Part shown: piece after piece, positions 53,361 to 64,000 of the stretch | Layout of the letters: each line of letters opens with the position of its first letter | Position numbering within the stretch: position 1 is the first letter of the stretch | Source of the DNA: an uncultured delta proteobacterium | Lineage (GTDB): Bacteria; Myxococcota; Myxococcia; Myxococcales; Myxococcaceae | Assembly (NCBI GenBank): GCA_963771175.1 | Contig: CAVYSY010000003.1 | Location: forward strand, 1 to 64,000 | Direction: 5' to 3' | Length of the DNA stretch: 64,000 nucleotides | Program-made: the position numbers and the translations under genes | Notes under the pieces: model-generated | Database searches by the model: none | What the model saw: only the letters and a program-made list of their open reading frames with translations | Told to the model about the DNA's origin: nothing

Positions 53361-53629
53361 GACTCTCCCACCAGTCCTCCCGGCCCGAGGGGCCCGGAGA
53401 CTCGAACCGGGGGAAGGTCAATGGGGTCATTCCCCAGCGGCATCCCCCCTCGTCCCGGGCGACCGAGCCCCCTGGAGGGTAGGGAGACAGCCACGGCGGT
53501 CGGGGGGCGGACGAACGTCCGATGGCAGGAATACAGGGTGCCGGAACGGTTGGCAGCCCACGTTCGAGCCTCGCCCCTGTCGCGAACCCCTTGGTCCGCG
53601 CGCCGCCCGCGATTAAGAGAACGCTTCTC

Positions 53630-54670
<1,041 letters not shown>

Positions 54671-54680
54671 CGCCACGCGC

Positions 54681-55556
<876 letters not shown>

Positions 55557-55560
<4 letters not shown>

Positions 55561-57678
55561 CCTTCGCGCACCCGTGGATGCTGCTGGGCGCGCTGGCGGC
55601 GCTCATCCCGCTGCTCGTGCACCTCTTCGACCGCCGTCGGCCCCGGCCCCACCCCTTCGGGCCGCTCGCCTTCGTGCTGCGCAGCCAGAAGCGCACCGCG
55701 AGCCGCCTCAAGCTCAAGCGGCTGCTGCTCTACACGCTGCGCACGCTGATCCTCCTGGCGCTCCCGCTCGCGCTGGCGCGGCCGGAGTTGCGGCGGGACG
55801 CCGGCGCGGCGGCGGTGCGCGAAGGGCCCGGCGGCCACCGCCATCGTGCTCGACACCTCGCTGTCCATGCGCTGGTCGGACGGCGACCTCGCTCTTCGAG
55901 CGCGCCCGCGACGAGGCGCGCGACGCGCTCGCGGACCTGCGCCCCGAGGAGCCGGCCACGGTGCTGGTGTGCACGGGCTCGCCCGCGCCGCCGCGCGGCG
56001 CCGGGCTTCGACCGCGCGCAAGCTGCGGCAGGTGATCGACGAGGCGCAGCCCACGCTACGCGGCCGCGGACCTGTCCCGCTGCCTGGAGCTGGCGGCGCG
56101 CGCGCTGGAGGAGAGCCCCATGGCGGGCAAGCGGCTGGTGGTGGTCTCCGACCTCACGGCCAGGCTCGCTTGCGCCTGGAGGCACCGCCGCCCACGGTGA
56201 AGGGCCCCACGGGCGAGGCGGTGCGCCCCGAGGTGGTGCTGCGCGACGCGGCCAGCGGCAAGGACGCGCTGCCCAACCACGCGCTGGTGGACCTGAAGGT
56301 GGAGCCGGCGCTGCAGGCGGGCCCGCGCGCCTTCCAGTTCACCTTCACGGTGAAGAACTTCGGCGAGGCGCCGCTGAAGGACCTGGAGGCCGCTGGTGCG
56401 AGGTGGGCGACGCCACGCTGGCCAAGGGCTTCGTGGACGTGCCGGCCGACGGCACGGCGCAGAAGACGCTGACGGAGCGCTTCCAGCAGGGCGGCGCGGT
56501 GGCGGGCGAGGTGTCGCTCGCGCCGGACGCGCTGGCCGAGGACGACCGGCGCGGCCTTCGTGCTGGCGGTGCCGCGCGCTGCTGAAGGCGCTGGTGGTGA
56601 ACGGCGCGCCGCACGCCACGCGCTACCGGGACGAGGCCTTCTTCGTGGAGGCGGCGCTGTCGGCGCCGGGCTCGCCGGTGCAGGCTGGCGGTGCGCGACG
56701 CGGAGGCCGGCCTGCGCGAGGACCTCGCCGACTACGACGTGGTGCTGCTGCTCAACGTGGCCGCGCCGGACGCGAGGCGGAGCGGCGAAGCTGCGCGCCT
56801 TCGTGGAGAACGGCGGCGGCCTCTTCGTCTGCGTGGGCGACCAGGTGGACCCGGAGGCCTACAACACGCGGCTCGGCGCGCTGCTGCCGCGGCCGCTGCG
56901 GCTGGTGCGCACCAGCGCGGAGCGCGAGGACCCGGACGCCGAGAGCAAGGCGGCGAAGCTGGCGCGAGGTCAAGGTGGAGCACCCGCTCTTCGCGCCCTT
57001 CACGGGCCGGGCCGAGGAGGGCCTCGTGGGCGCGCGCTTCTACCGCTACATGCTGCTGGAGGCGGACGGGAGCGGCGCGGCACAGGGCGCGAGCCAGGTG
57101 CTGGCCACGTACGAGGACGGCGCGCCGGCGGTGGCGGTGGCGCGGCGGGGCAAGGGCCGGGTGGCGCTCTTCACCTCCACGGTGGACCGCGACTGGAGCG
57201 ACTTCGCCATCCGCACCAGCTTCCTGCCGCTGATGCAGCGCTTCGCGGCCTACCTCGCGGGCTCGCTGGAGGAGCGCGAGGAGCAGAAGGTGCGCGTGGG
57301 CGAGACGCTCGCGCTGCGGCCCGAGGGCGGGCAGGCGGTGTCGGCGGTGAAGGCGCCGGACGGACCACGGAGCGTGCCGCTACAAGGCGCAGCCGGACGG
57401 CACGGTGCTGGTGGGTCCGGTGGAGCAGCCGGGGACGTTCTCGGTGCTGGGCGGCGGACGGCAAGCCGGTGCCCGCGCTGGCCTTCGCGGCGACGCTGGA
57501 CCCGGCCGAGAGCGACCTGACCCGGCTGCCGCAGGACGCGCTCGCGGCGTACTTCGGCGAGGAGACGGTGAAGGCGTCGAGCGCGGACGCGGAGCGCCCG
57601 CCGGTGCCGCTGTGGACGTGGCTCATCGTGGCCGCGGCCATGGCCTTCTTCTTCGAGGGCACGCTGCTGCGCAAGTGA
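55557..57678 (+). CDS. BatA/vWA domain membrane protein (frameshifted)
   Basis: FAHP...LIPLLVHL double-TM N-terminus, LDTSLSM MIDAS, C-terminal ESDL...LW TM. Confidence 0.85.
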
Positions 57679-57745
57679 GCCCATTGAACGCCCGGCCCCC
57701 TGGCACCTCCCTGTGGGCCGGGCGGCGTGGCAAGGTGACCCCTCT

Positions 57746-58848
57746 ATGAGCAACGCCCTCTACCGCGACTGTGCCCGGCTCTTCATGGTGGGCTTCCCCG
57801 GCCCGCGCATCGACGACGACTTCGCCTCGCTGATGGACGACGGCATCTTCGGCGCCATCCTCTTCAAGCGGAACGTGGGGACCGCCCAGGAGACGGCCGC
57901 CCTGTGCCGCGAGCATCAAGTCGCGCGCGCGCCGGCCCTTCATCCTCTCGGTGGACCAGGAGGGTGGACGGGTGGCCCGACTGCGCGGCGAGCCCTACAC
58001 CACCCTGCCCCCCATGCGTGAGCTCGGCCAGCGCGGGGACCTCGGGCTCATCGAGCGCGTGGGCCGGCTGCTCGCGCACGAGCTGCGCGCGGTGGGCTTC
58101 GACTGGGACTTCGCCCCCGTGCTCGACGTGGACACCAACCCCACCAACCCCGTCATCGGCGACCGCAGCTTCAGCCGCGACCCGGACGAGGTGGGCCGCA
58201 TGGGCGTGGCGCTGGGCGCGGGGCCTCGAGGCCGGTGGCGTGGCCTCGTGCGGCAAGCACTTCCCCGGACACGGCGACACCACCTCGGACAGCCACCTGA
58301 CGCTGCCGCGGCTGCCCCACGACATGGAGCGCCTGCGCCGCGTGGAGCTGGTGCCCTTCCGCGCCTTCGCCCAGGCGGGGCTCGCCTCGCTGATGACGGC
58401 GCACGTGCTCTTCGACGCGCTCGACCCGAAGGTGCCCGCCACCATGAGCCAGCGCGTGCTCCACGGCGTGCTGCGCGAGGAGATGGGCTTCGACGGCGTG
58501 CTGGTGAGCGACGACCTGGAGATGAAGGCCATCGCGGACCACTACTCGGTCGAGGAGGCCGCGGTGCTCGGCACCCTCGCCGGCGTGGACCTGTTCCTCG
58601 TCTGCCACAAGGCGGACGTGCAGCGGCGGGCCATCGAGGCGCTGGTGCGCGCGGTGGAGTCCGGCCGCGTGCCGCGCGCCCGCATCGACGAGGCCCACCG
58701 CCGTCTGGCCCGGCTCGAGGCCCGCTTCGCTCACGGCCCCGAGGAGCGTCTGGCCACGCTCGGCAACGCCGAGCACCGCGCGCTCGCCGAGGGACTCGCC
58801 AGCACCTTCAGCGGGAGGGATCCCACCGAGGTGCTGGCGTCCCGCTAG
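57746..58848 (+). CDS. nagZ: Beta-N-acetylhexosaminidase (GH3) (frameshifted)
   Basis: DQEGGRV, FAPVLD, KHFPGHG, DSH, SDDLEM. Confidence 0.92.
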
Positions 58849-58868
58849 TCTCGACCGGGCGGCCTCGC

Positions 58869-59195
58869 CTACTGCTGGAAGTCACCGCTCTCGCCCGTGT
58901 CGGACTCGAACTCCTCGAAGCCGGCACCTCCCGTGCCCGCGTCCATTGGGGCCGTGCCCGCGTCCTGGGTCATGGTGCCGCCACCCGTGGTGCCCCTGGT
59001 CCCGCCCTTCTGCGTGCCACCGGCACCACCGACTCCCTGGTCCTCCATGCCGACATCGCCCGCGCCGCCCGTGCCGGGCTGCTCCTGCATCCCGCCCTGC
59101 TCACCGCCCCGGTTGGTGTCCTGGCAACCCGGGAACAGCAGCGCAGCCGAGGCCAGCGCCCCCACCACCATCCACTTGCGAATGTTTCCGCGCAT
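58869..59195 (-). CDS. Gly-rich lipoprotein
   Basis: SD AGGAG; LLFPGC; GTGGAG repeats. Confidence 0.75.
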   Translation of the reverse strand: MRGNIRKWMVVGALASAALLFPGCQDTNRGGEQGGMQEQPGTGGAGDVGMEDQGVGGAGGTQKGGTRGTTGGGTMTQDAGTAPMDAGTGGAGFEEFESDTGESGDFQQ

Positions 59196-59413
59196 ATCCG
59201 CTCCTCCGTCCGGGCAGCCGTCATCAGCGGCCCGGGTCCATGACGGCTCGTGGGAGCCGTCTCCCGTCCCGCCCCCCCCAAGATGGGAGGAGCGGTCGTC
59301 CTCTTGAATCCGTACAGGTTCCGGTCGCTCCTCTCCCGAGACAGCGGGGCCGACCGGCATCGTCGCGCTCCGCTGTTCCCCGGGGAGACGCCTCCCGCCT
59401 CGCGTGGCTCCGA

Positions 59414-59845
59414 CTACTTCTCGTCCTTCTCGGGGCGCATGGGCTTCGGGGTCGCGGCGGGGCTGTCGCTCTTCCCCGGTAGGGTCTGCGCAGCGGGCTC
59501 CTGGCGCGTCGGAGTGTAGAGGCTGCCCCCAGCGCCCTGTTCGAGGCCACCCGCGCCCTGGCCACTGCCGCCCTGACCCTGCTGCTCGAGCAGGGCTCTC
59601 TGCCCGGGGTCCATCGCCAGAGAGCGGCCCTGAGTGCCGGCCGTCTGGGGCGTCCGGGGATCGATGCTGGTGGGGTTGTCCGTGATGGTGCCGTTGTAAC
59701 CGGACTGCTCCGGGCTCCGGGTCAGGCCAGGCCTGTAGGTCGCGTTGCCGGGGTAATCTGGAAGGGCTCCGCAGGCCGCCACCAGCCACGAGGCCGAGGC
59801 CAGCGCCCCCAACATCACCCACCGTCTGAAACCGTTGTCGTGCAT
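59414..59845 (-). CDS. Lipoprotein
   Basis: SD GGAG; LVAAC lipobox; GQGGSG. Confidence 0.75.
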   Translation of the reverse strand: MHDNGFRRWVMLGALASASWLVAACGALPDYPGNATYRPGLTRSPEQSGYNGTITDNPTSIDPRTPQTAGTQGRSLAMDPGQRALLEQQGQGGSGQGAGGLEQGAGGSLYTPTRQEPAAQTLPGKSDSPAATPKPMRPEKDEK

Positions 59846-60046
59846 GTCCGTCTCCAGGAAGGAGTCCCGCTCTCTTGCCGTCGGCGCATGGGGCACTGCC
59901 ATCCCCTGCCCCCCCTCGCGCGGTGCGAGTAGAGGAGCACGCCGCGCCATCAGGGATGGGCACCCGGAGGCTTCCGGACTACCGAGCGGGTGTCCGTCGA
60001 GGGCCCGGTCGCCCGGTCGGCCCGCGGCGAAGGCACCGGGCCCGCC

Positions 60047-60631
60047 CTACGGCCGGATGTACCCGTTCTCGCCTCGGACCCCCGTAGGTCCCGGCGGGGC
60101 CGTTTCGCTGCCTTCCGTGGGCACCTGCGGCTGGAACGACCCGCTGCTCGGAGCCATCGACGTCGCGAGACCGGAGCCCAGCTCGACGCCATAGGTGCCC
60201 TGAATCCACGCGCCCTTGGGGCCTTTCTTCAGCGGTCTGCCCGTCCCGAGCGCGCGAGCGGCCAGGGCATCGAACCGGGCCGGTGGGAACGGGACGCGCT
60301 CGTCCTGCCGCTGCCAGAGGTTCGCCTGCGCGGGCTCACGGCCCGGGCCTCCTGGGACGATGTTGCCCTGTCCGCCGCCGGGGGACTCACCGGCACCACC
60401 CGTACCCCGCTCCTGCTCGTTGGTCTCGAACAGCTCGGAGCTGGTGCCGATGTTGGAGTACTCCCGGGCAGCCTCGTCCTTGGCCTGGGCCTGCTCGGAG
60501 TAATAGTCCTCCTGGGCCGTCAAGGACCACGAACGCCCGCCGTAATAGCGATGATTGACCTCGCCGCACCCGGCGAGCAGCGCCACCCCGGCGAGCGCGC
60601 CGAGCAACCCCTTCACACCCCTGTTCCGCAT
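60047..60631 (-). CDS. Lipoprotein
   Basis: SD AGGAGG; LLAGC; GTGGAG. Confidence 0.78.
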   Translation of the reverse strand: MRNRGVKGLLGALAGVALLAGCGEVNHRYYGGRSWSLTAQEDYYSEQAQAKDEAAREYSNIGTSSELFETNEQERGTGGAGESPGGGQGNIVPGGPGREPAQANLWQRQDERVPFPPARFDALAARALGTGRPLKKGPKGAWIQGTYGVELGSGLATSMAPSSGSFQPQVPTEGSETAPPGPTGVRGENGYIRP

Positions 60632-60749
60632 GACCGCCTCCTGTCCTCATCTGCTCTCCATGGACAGGGGTGGCCATGCGCGCGGGGAGCGGGTAGCGGC
60701 AAGCGAGCGGGCGAGAGCTACTTGCCCGCCCGTAGGGCGGCGGGGAGAA

Positions 60750-61376
60750 CTAGCCGCGGCGCGCGGTGGCCTTCTTCGCGGCGCCCTTCTTCATCACGGT
60801 CTTGCCCGCCGGAGCCGCCTTCTTCGCCACGGTCTTCTTCGCGGGCTCCCGCTTCGCTGGAGCCGCCTTCTTCACCGGGGCCTTCCCCGAGGCGGGAGCC
60901 TCCGCGGGTACACCGCCCTTCAGGAGCTGGAGGAGCTCCTGCACGTGGCCCTGCACCTTCACCTTGGGCCATGCACGAGACACCTTGCCCTCGGGGTCGA
61001 TGAGGAAGGTGGCGCGCGTCACGCCCATGAACTTCCGGCCATAGAGCGACTTCTCGCCCCACACGCCGTAGGACTCGCACACCTGGCGCCCGGTGTCCGC
61101 GAGCAGCGGGAAGGGCAGCGAGAACTTCGTGGCGAACTTCTGGTGGCTCTTGATGTCGTCCGGCGAGACGCCCAGCACCACCGCGCCAGCATCCCGTAGC
61201 GCCGAGTGCTCGTCGCGGAAGTCACACGCCTCCTGCGTGCAGCCCGGGGTGTCATCCTTCGGGTAGAAGTAGAGGACGACGTTCTTCCCCCGGAACTGGG
61301 AGAGCTTCACGTCGTTGCCGTTCTGGTCCTGGAGCTGGAAATCGGGGGCCTGGTCGCCTGTCTGGGGAATGGGCAT
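60750..61376 (-). CDS. bcp: Peroxiredoxin BCP with Lys/Ala-rich tail
   Basis: LYFYPKDDTPGCTQEACDFRD. Confidence 0.93.
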   Translation of the reverse strand: MPIPQTGDQAPDFQLQDQNGNDVKLSQFRGKNVVLYFYPKDDTPGCTQEACDFRDEHSALRDAGAVVLGVSPDDIKSHQKFATKFSLPFPLLADTGRQVCESYGVWGEKSLYGRKFMGVTRATFLIDPEGKVSRAWPKVKVQGHVQELLQLLKGGVPAEAPASGKAPVKKAAPAKREPAKKTVAKKAAPAGKTVMKKGAAKKATARRG

Positions 61377-61417
61377 GGACGAGCATCCAGATAGCACACC
61401 TGACTTTCGAGGTCAGG

Positions 61418-61795
61418 TCACATTCCGCCGTCGACGCCGTCGTGCGAGTGCGGCGGGTGGCCGTGCTCGTCCAGGGAGGGCGACCCCCCGTCCGGCTCGC
61501 CGGGTCTCCGCAGCGGCCGGCGTGGCAGGGGCTCGCGGAGCCGCCGCAGGGTGGAGATCCGCCGCTCGGCCTCGGGCCGCGCCTTCGAGTCCCGAGGCAC
61601 GGAGTCGAACTCGGCGATGACGGCCTCCCAGGCCGGGTCGCGTGGGGGAACGCCGCGCTCGACGAGCTCCGCGTACTTCGCCTCGGCGCGGGCGAGCCGC
61701 TCGGGCCCCTCGTCCTTCCGGCAGGCCCCCAGGAGCAGGGCCCCCAGCAAGAGCAGCAGCACCGTCGTCGGACGGCTTCGGTAGATGGGAGACAC
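61418..61795 (-). CDS. Small lipoprotein
   Basis: LLLGAC lipobox; His-rich C-terminus. Confidence 0.65.
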   Translation of the reverse strand: MSPIYRSRPTTVLLLLLGALLLGACRKDEGPERLARAEAKYAELVERGVPPRDPAWEAVIAEFDSVPRDSKARPEAERRISTLRRLREPLPRRPLRRPGEPDGGSPSLDEHGHPPHSHDGVDGGM

Positions 61796-61847
61796 GTGCA
61801 ACCCTCCTGCTGGCCTCGGACACGAAGGGGGGATAGGGTGCTCCACC

Positions 61848-62489
61848 GTGTCGCCCCTCTTCATCGCATTCCTCTTCGGTCTCGGCCAGGGCCTGCTCCA
61901 CGCGGTGGGGCCGGACCACTGCGCCGCCATGGCCACGCTCGGTACGCTGGGACCGGCCCGGCGCCGGATCACGCTGCTCGTCGCGCTGCGCTTCGCCGTC
62001 GGGCATGCGACGGTGCTCGGCGGGGTGGCCACCTTCTGCCTCCTGGCGGGCGTGGGCCTCTCCGAGACCTTCGAGCGCTGGGCCGAGGTGTTCGGCGGCA
62101 TGGTGCTGGTGGCGCTGGCCGTCACCGCCTTCCTCTTCCCCAACGTGCTGCGCCATGGCCACCCGCACCTGCCCGGCCACACGCACGAGCCCCACTCCCA
62201 CATGCACGACCGGGTGAGCACCGCCGCCGGGGCCCTCATGGCCGTCAGCGGGGTGCGCTCGCTGCTGCTGGCCCTGCCCCCGCTGCTGGTGGGTGGCAGC
62301 CTTCAGTCCTCCGGGTGGACGTACCTCCCCGGCTTCGCGCTCGGCATCCTCGTGGGCATGGGCGCGGTGGGCCTGCTCTTCGCCGAGGGCCTGGCCCGCA
62401 TGGGCTCGGGTCTCGCCGAGCGCCTCCAGCGCGTGGTGGCCGCCGGCTCCGGCGCGCTCGGCCTCTTCTGGATCGCCTCCCGCCTCTGA
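61848..62489 (+). CDS. Ni/Co transporter-like (UreH/NicO) membrane protein
   Basis: LHAVGPDH, GH motif, His-rich loop. Confidence 0.75.
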   Translation: MSPLFIAFLFGLGQGLLHAVGPDHCAAMATLGTLGPARRRITLLVALRFAVGHATVLGGVATFCLLAGVGLSETFERWAEVFGGMVLVALAVTAFLFPNVLRHGHPHLPGHTHEPHSHMHDRVSTAAGALMAVSGVRSLLLALPPLLVGGSLQSSGWTYLPGFALGILVGMGAVGLLFAEGLARMGSGLAERLQRVVAAGSGALGLFWIASRL

Positions 62490-62529
62490 GTCCCCTGGCG
62501 AGGCGCCGTCCCCGCCAGGGCGGCGCTTC

Positions 62530-63863
62530 CTACGCGGTGCGCTGCTCGAGGATGCCCAGCGACACCATCGCCACCAGGAAGCCGTGGACCTGCGTGCTCG
62601 GGGCGGTTGGCGAACGCGAGCAGCTCGGCCACCGTGCGGGTGCCGTCGATCTTCGGCAGCAGCTCCGCCTCCCAGCGCTCCAGCTCCACCTCGTGCAGCT
62701 GGTAGGCCGGGGCCACGGCGGGGATCAGCCGGTCCTCGGGCTGGAGCATGCGGCGCAGGCGCTCGGGCTTGTAGAGCTTCTTGATGCCGCGGATGATGAG
62801 GTTGGCCGGGTGCACGTCCAGCTTGATGGACTCGGTGGTGGCCTTCTCCTGAAGGCACATGACGTAGGTGCCGTCCTCCCACGCGAAGAGCGAGTAGATG
62901 ATGGCCTTCACCTGCTGGCCCACGTAGTACAGGCGCTCGGTGTCCTTGAGCAGGCCGCGCTCCACCAGCACGTCGCCGGTGCGGCGGTTGCTGGCCGTGG
63001 CCACCGCCGCGGCGTCCTGGAGCTGCTCGGGCTTGATCTTCCCCACGCGCACCAGGAACTGGCCGAAGCGGTCCGCCAGCAGGTTGGAGAGCGCGAACAC
63101 CGGCATGCCGCGCTCGAAGTAGACGACCTTCTTCACCTTGCCGCGCTGGACGCCCAGCTCGCCGGTCTCGCGCGACAGGTAGAAGGCGGTGATGAGCGAG
63201 GGCAGGTTGTCCTGGAGGTCGCCGCGGCGGCTGCCCGGCGGAGCCCGCGCCCACCGGGCAGCGGCTCGCGCCGGCCGGCCCGGCACGGGCGGGCGCACCA
63301 GGGTGGCGGGCACCTTGTGCAGGGGCGAGGCGGTGAGGTTGGCGCCGCGGATCTCGGCGGTGAGGTTGTCGCCGCCCGTCACCTTGATGCGGCCCGTCAG
63401 CTCCATCGAGTCCTGGGGACTGTCCTCCTCGACGTCGATGTCCAGCTCGACGTCGAAGGCGTCCTGGAGGCGAGGAGGCGGCGGGGGCCTGCTTCTGGGC
63501 GGGCACCAGCATCTGCACGGTCTCCAGCAGCTTGGAGGCCTCGAAGGGCTTCTCGAAGTAGCCGGCGGCCGCGTACTTCTGCCGGGCCTCGATGGCGTGC
63601 TTGCCGCCCTTGAAGACGCCGGTGATGAAGAGGAGCGGGAGCTGGGGCTGATCCTTCCGGAGCGCGTCCGCCAGGTGGTAGCCCATCATGTCGGGCAGGA
63701 GGATATCGAGCACGGCCACGGCGGGCGGTCGGGCACGCGAGACCTCGACCGCCTGCTTGCCCTTGGTCGCGCCCACGACCTCGTAGCCTGCATCTTCGAA
63801 GAGCTGGGTGAGGAGCGTGAGCAGCTCCTGGTTGTCATCGACGACGAGGATTCTGGGAGCCAT
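62530..63863 (-). CDS. Response regulator with DUF4388-like domain (frameshifted)
   Basis: ILVVDD, LDILLPD, KPF receiver; TGEL...VYFERG...FGQFLV. Confidence 0.85.
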
Positions 63864-64000
63864 CGCGAGCCACCCTACCAAAAGCCTGACCATCCGTAAG
63901 TGGCTGTGTTCCCAAGGGATGCATCCCGCTTGTCGGGCGGATAGGTTGAGGGCTCCATGAAGGATTCCCCCCCGACCCGGTGCACGTTGTCGCGCCTCGC

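Overview
GC-rich myxobacterial chromosomal segment (Archangium/Cystobacter/Myxococcus-like, inferred from gene content). Many genes carry single-base frameshifts that cluster in blocks and look like assembly errors. Left half: a cobalamin-uptake region with two B12 riboswitches (TonB receptor, Cys-rich lipoprotein, BtuF/C/D-like ABC parts, surface lipoproteins). Inside it is the most unusual system seen: a 49-aa leader ORF with an antiterminator/terminator pair, directly upstream of three non-canonical tRNA-like genes (Gly-GCC, Leu-GAG, Leu-CAG; identical T-arms, short variable loops, two with C33). The last tRNA is the integration site of a ~9.2-kb island without an integrase, bounded by a 51-bp direct repeat; its cargo includes an M23+GH25 peptidoglycan-hydrolase lipoprotein. 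Middle: comEA, cobC/cobS/cobT and a sulfate-uptake cassette preceded by a Cys-containing leader-peptide attenuator. Both leader peptides end in RPPxx-stop. Right half: MarR, DUF4175/TPR-peptidase genes, a decayed toxin/immunity patch, PilZ-Hsp70, MoxR-DUF58-BatA, nagZ, small lipoproteins, bcp and a response regulator. No CRISPR array, rRNA or intact transposase/integrase was seen. Family names come from motif recognition, not database searches.
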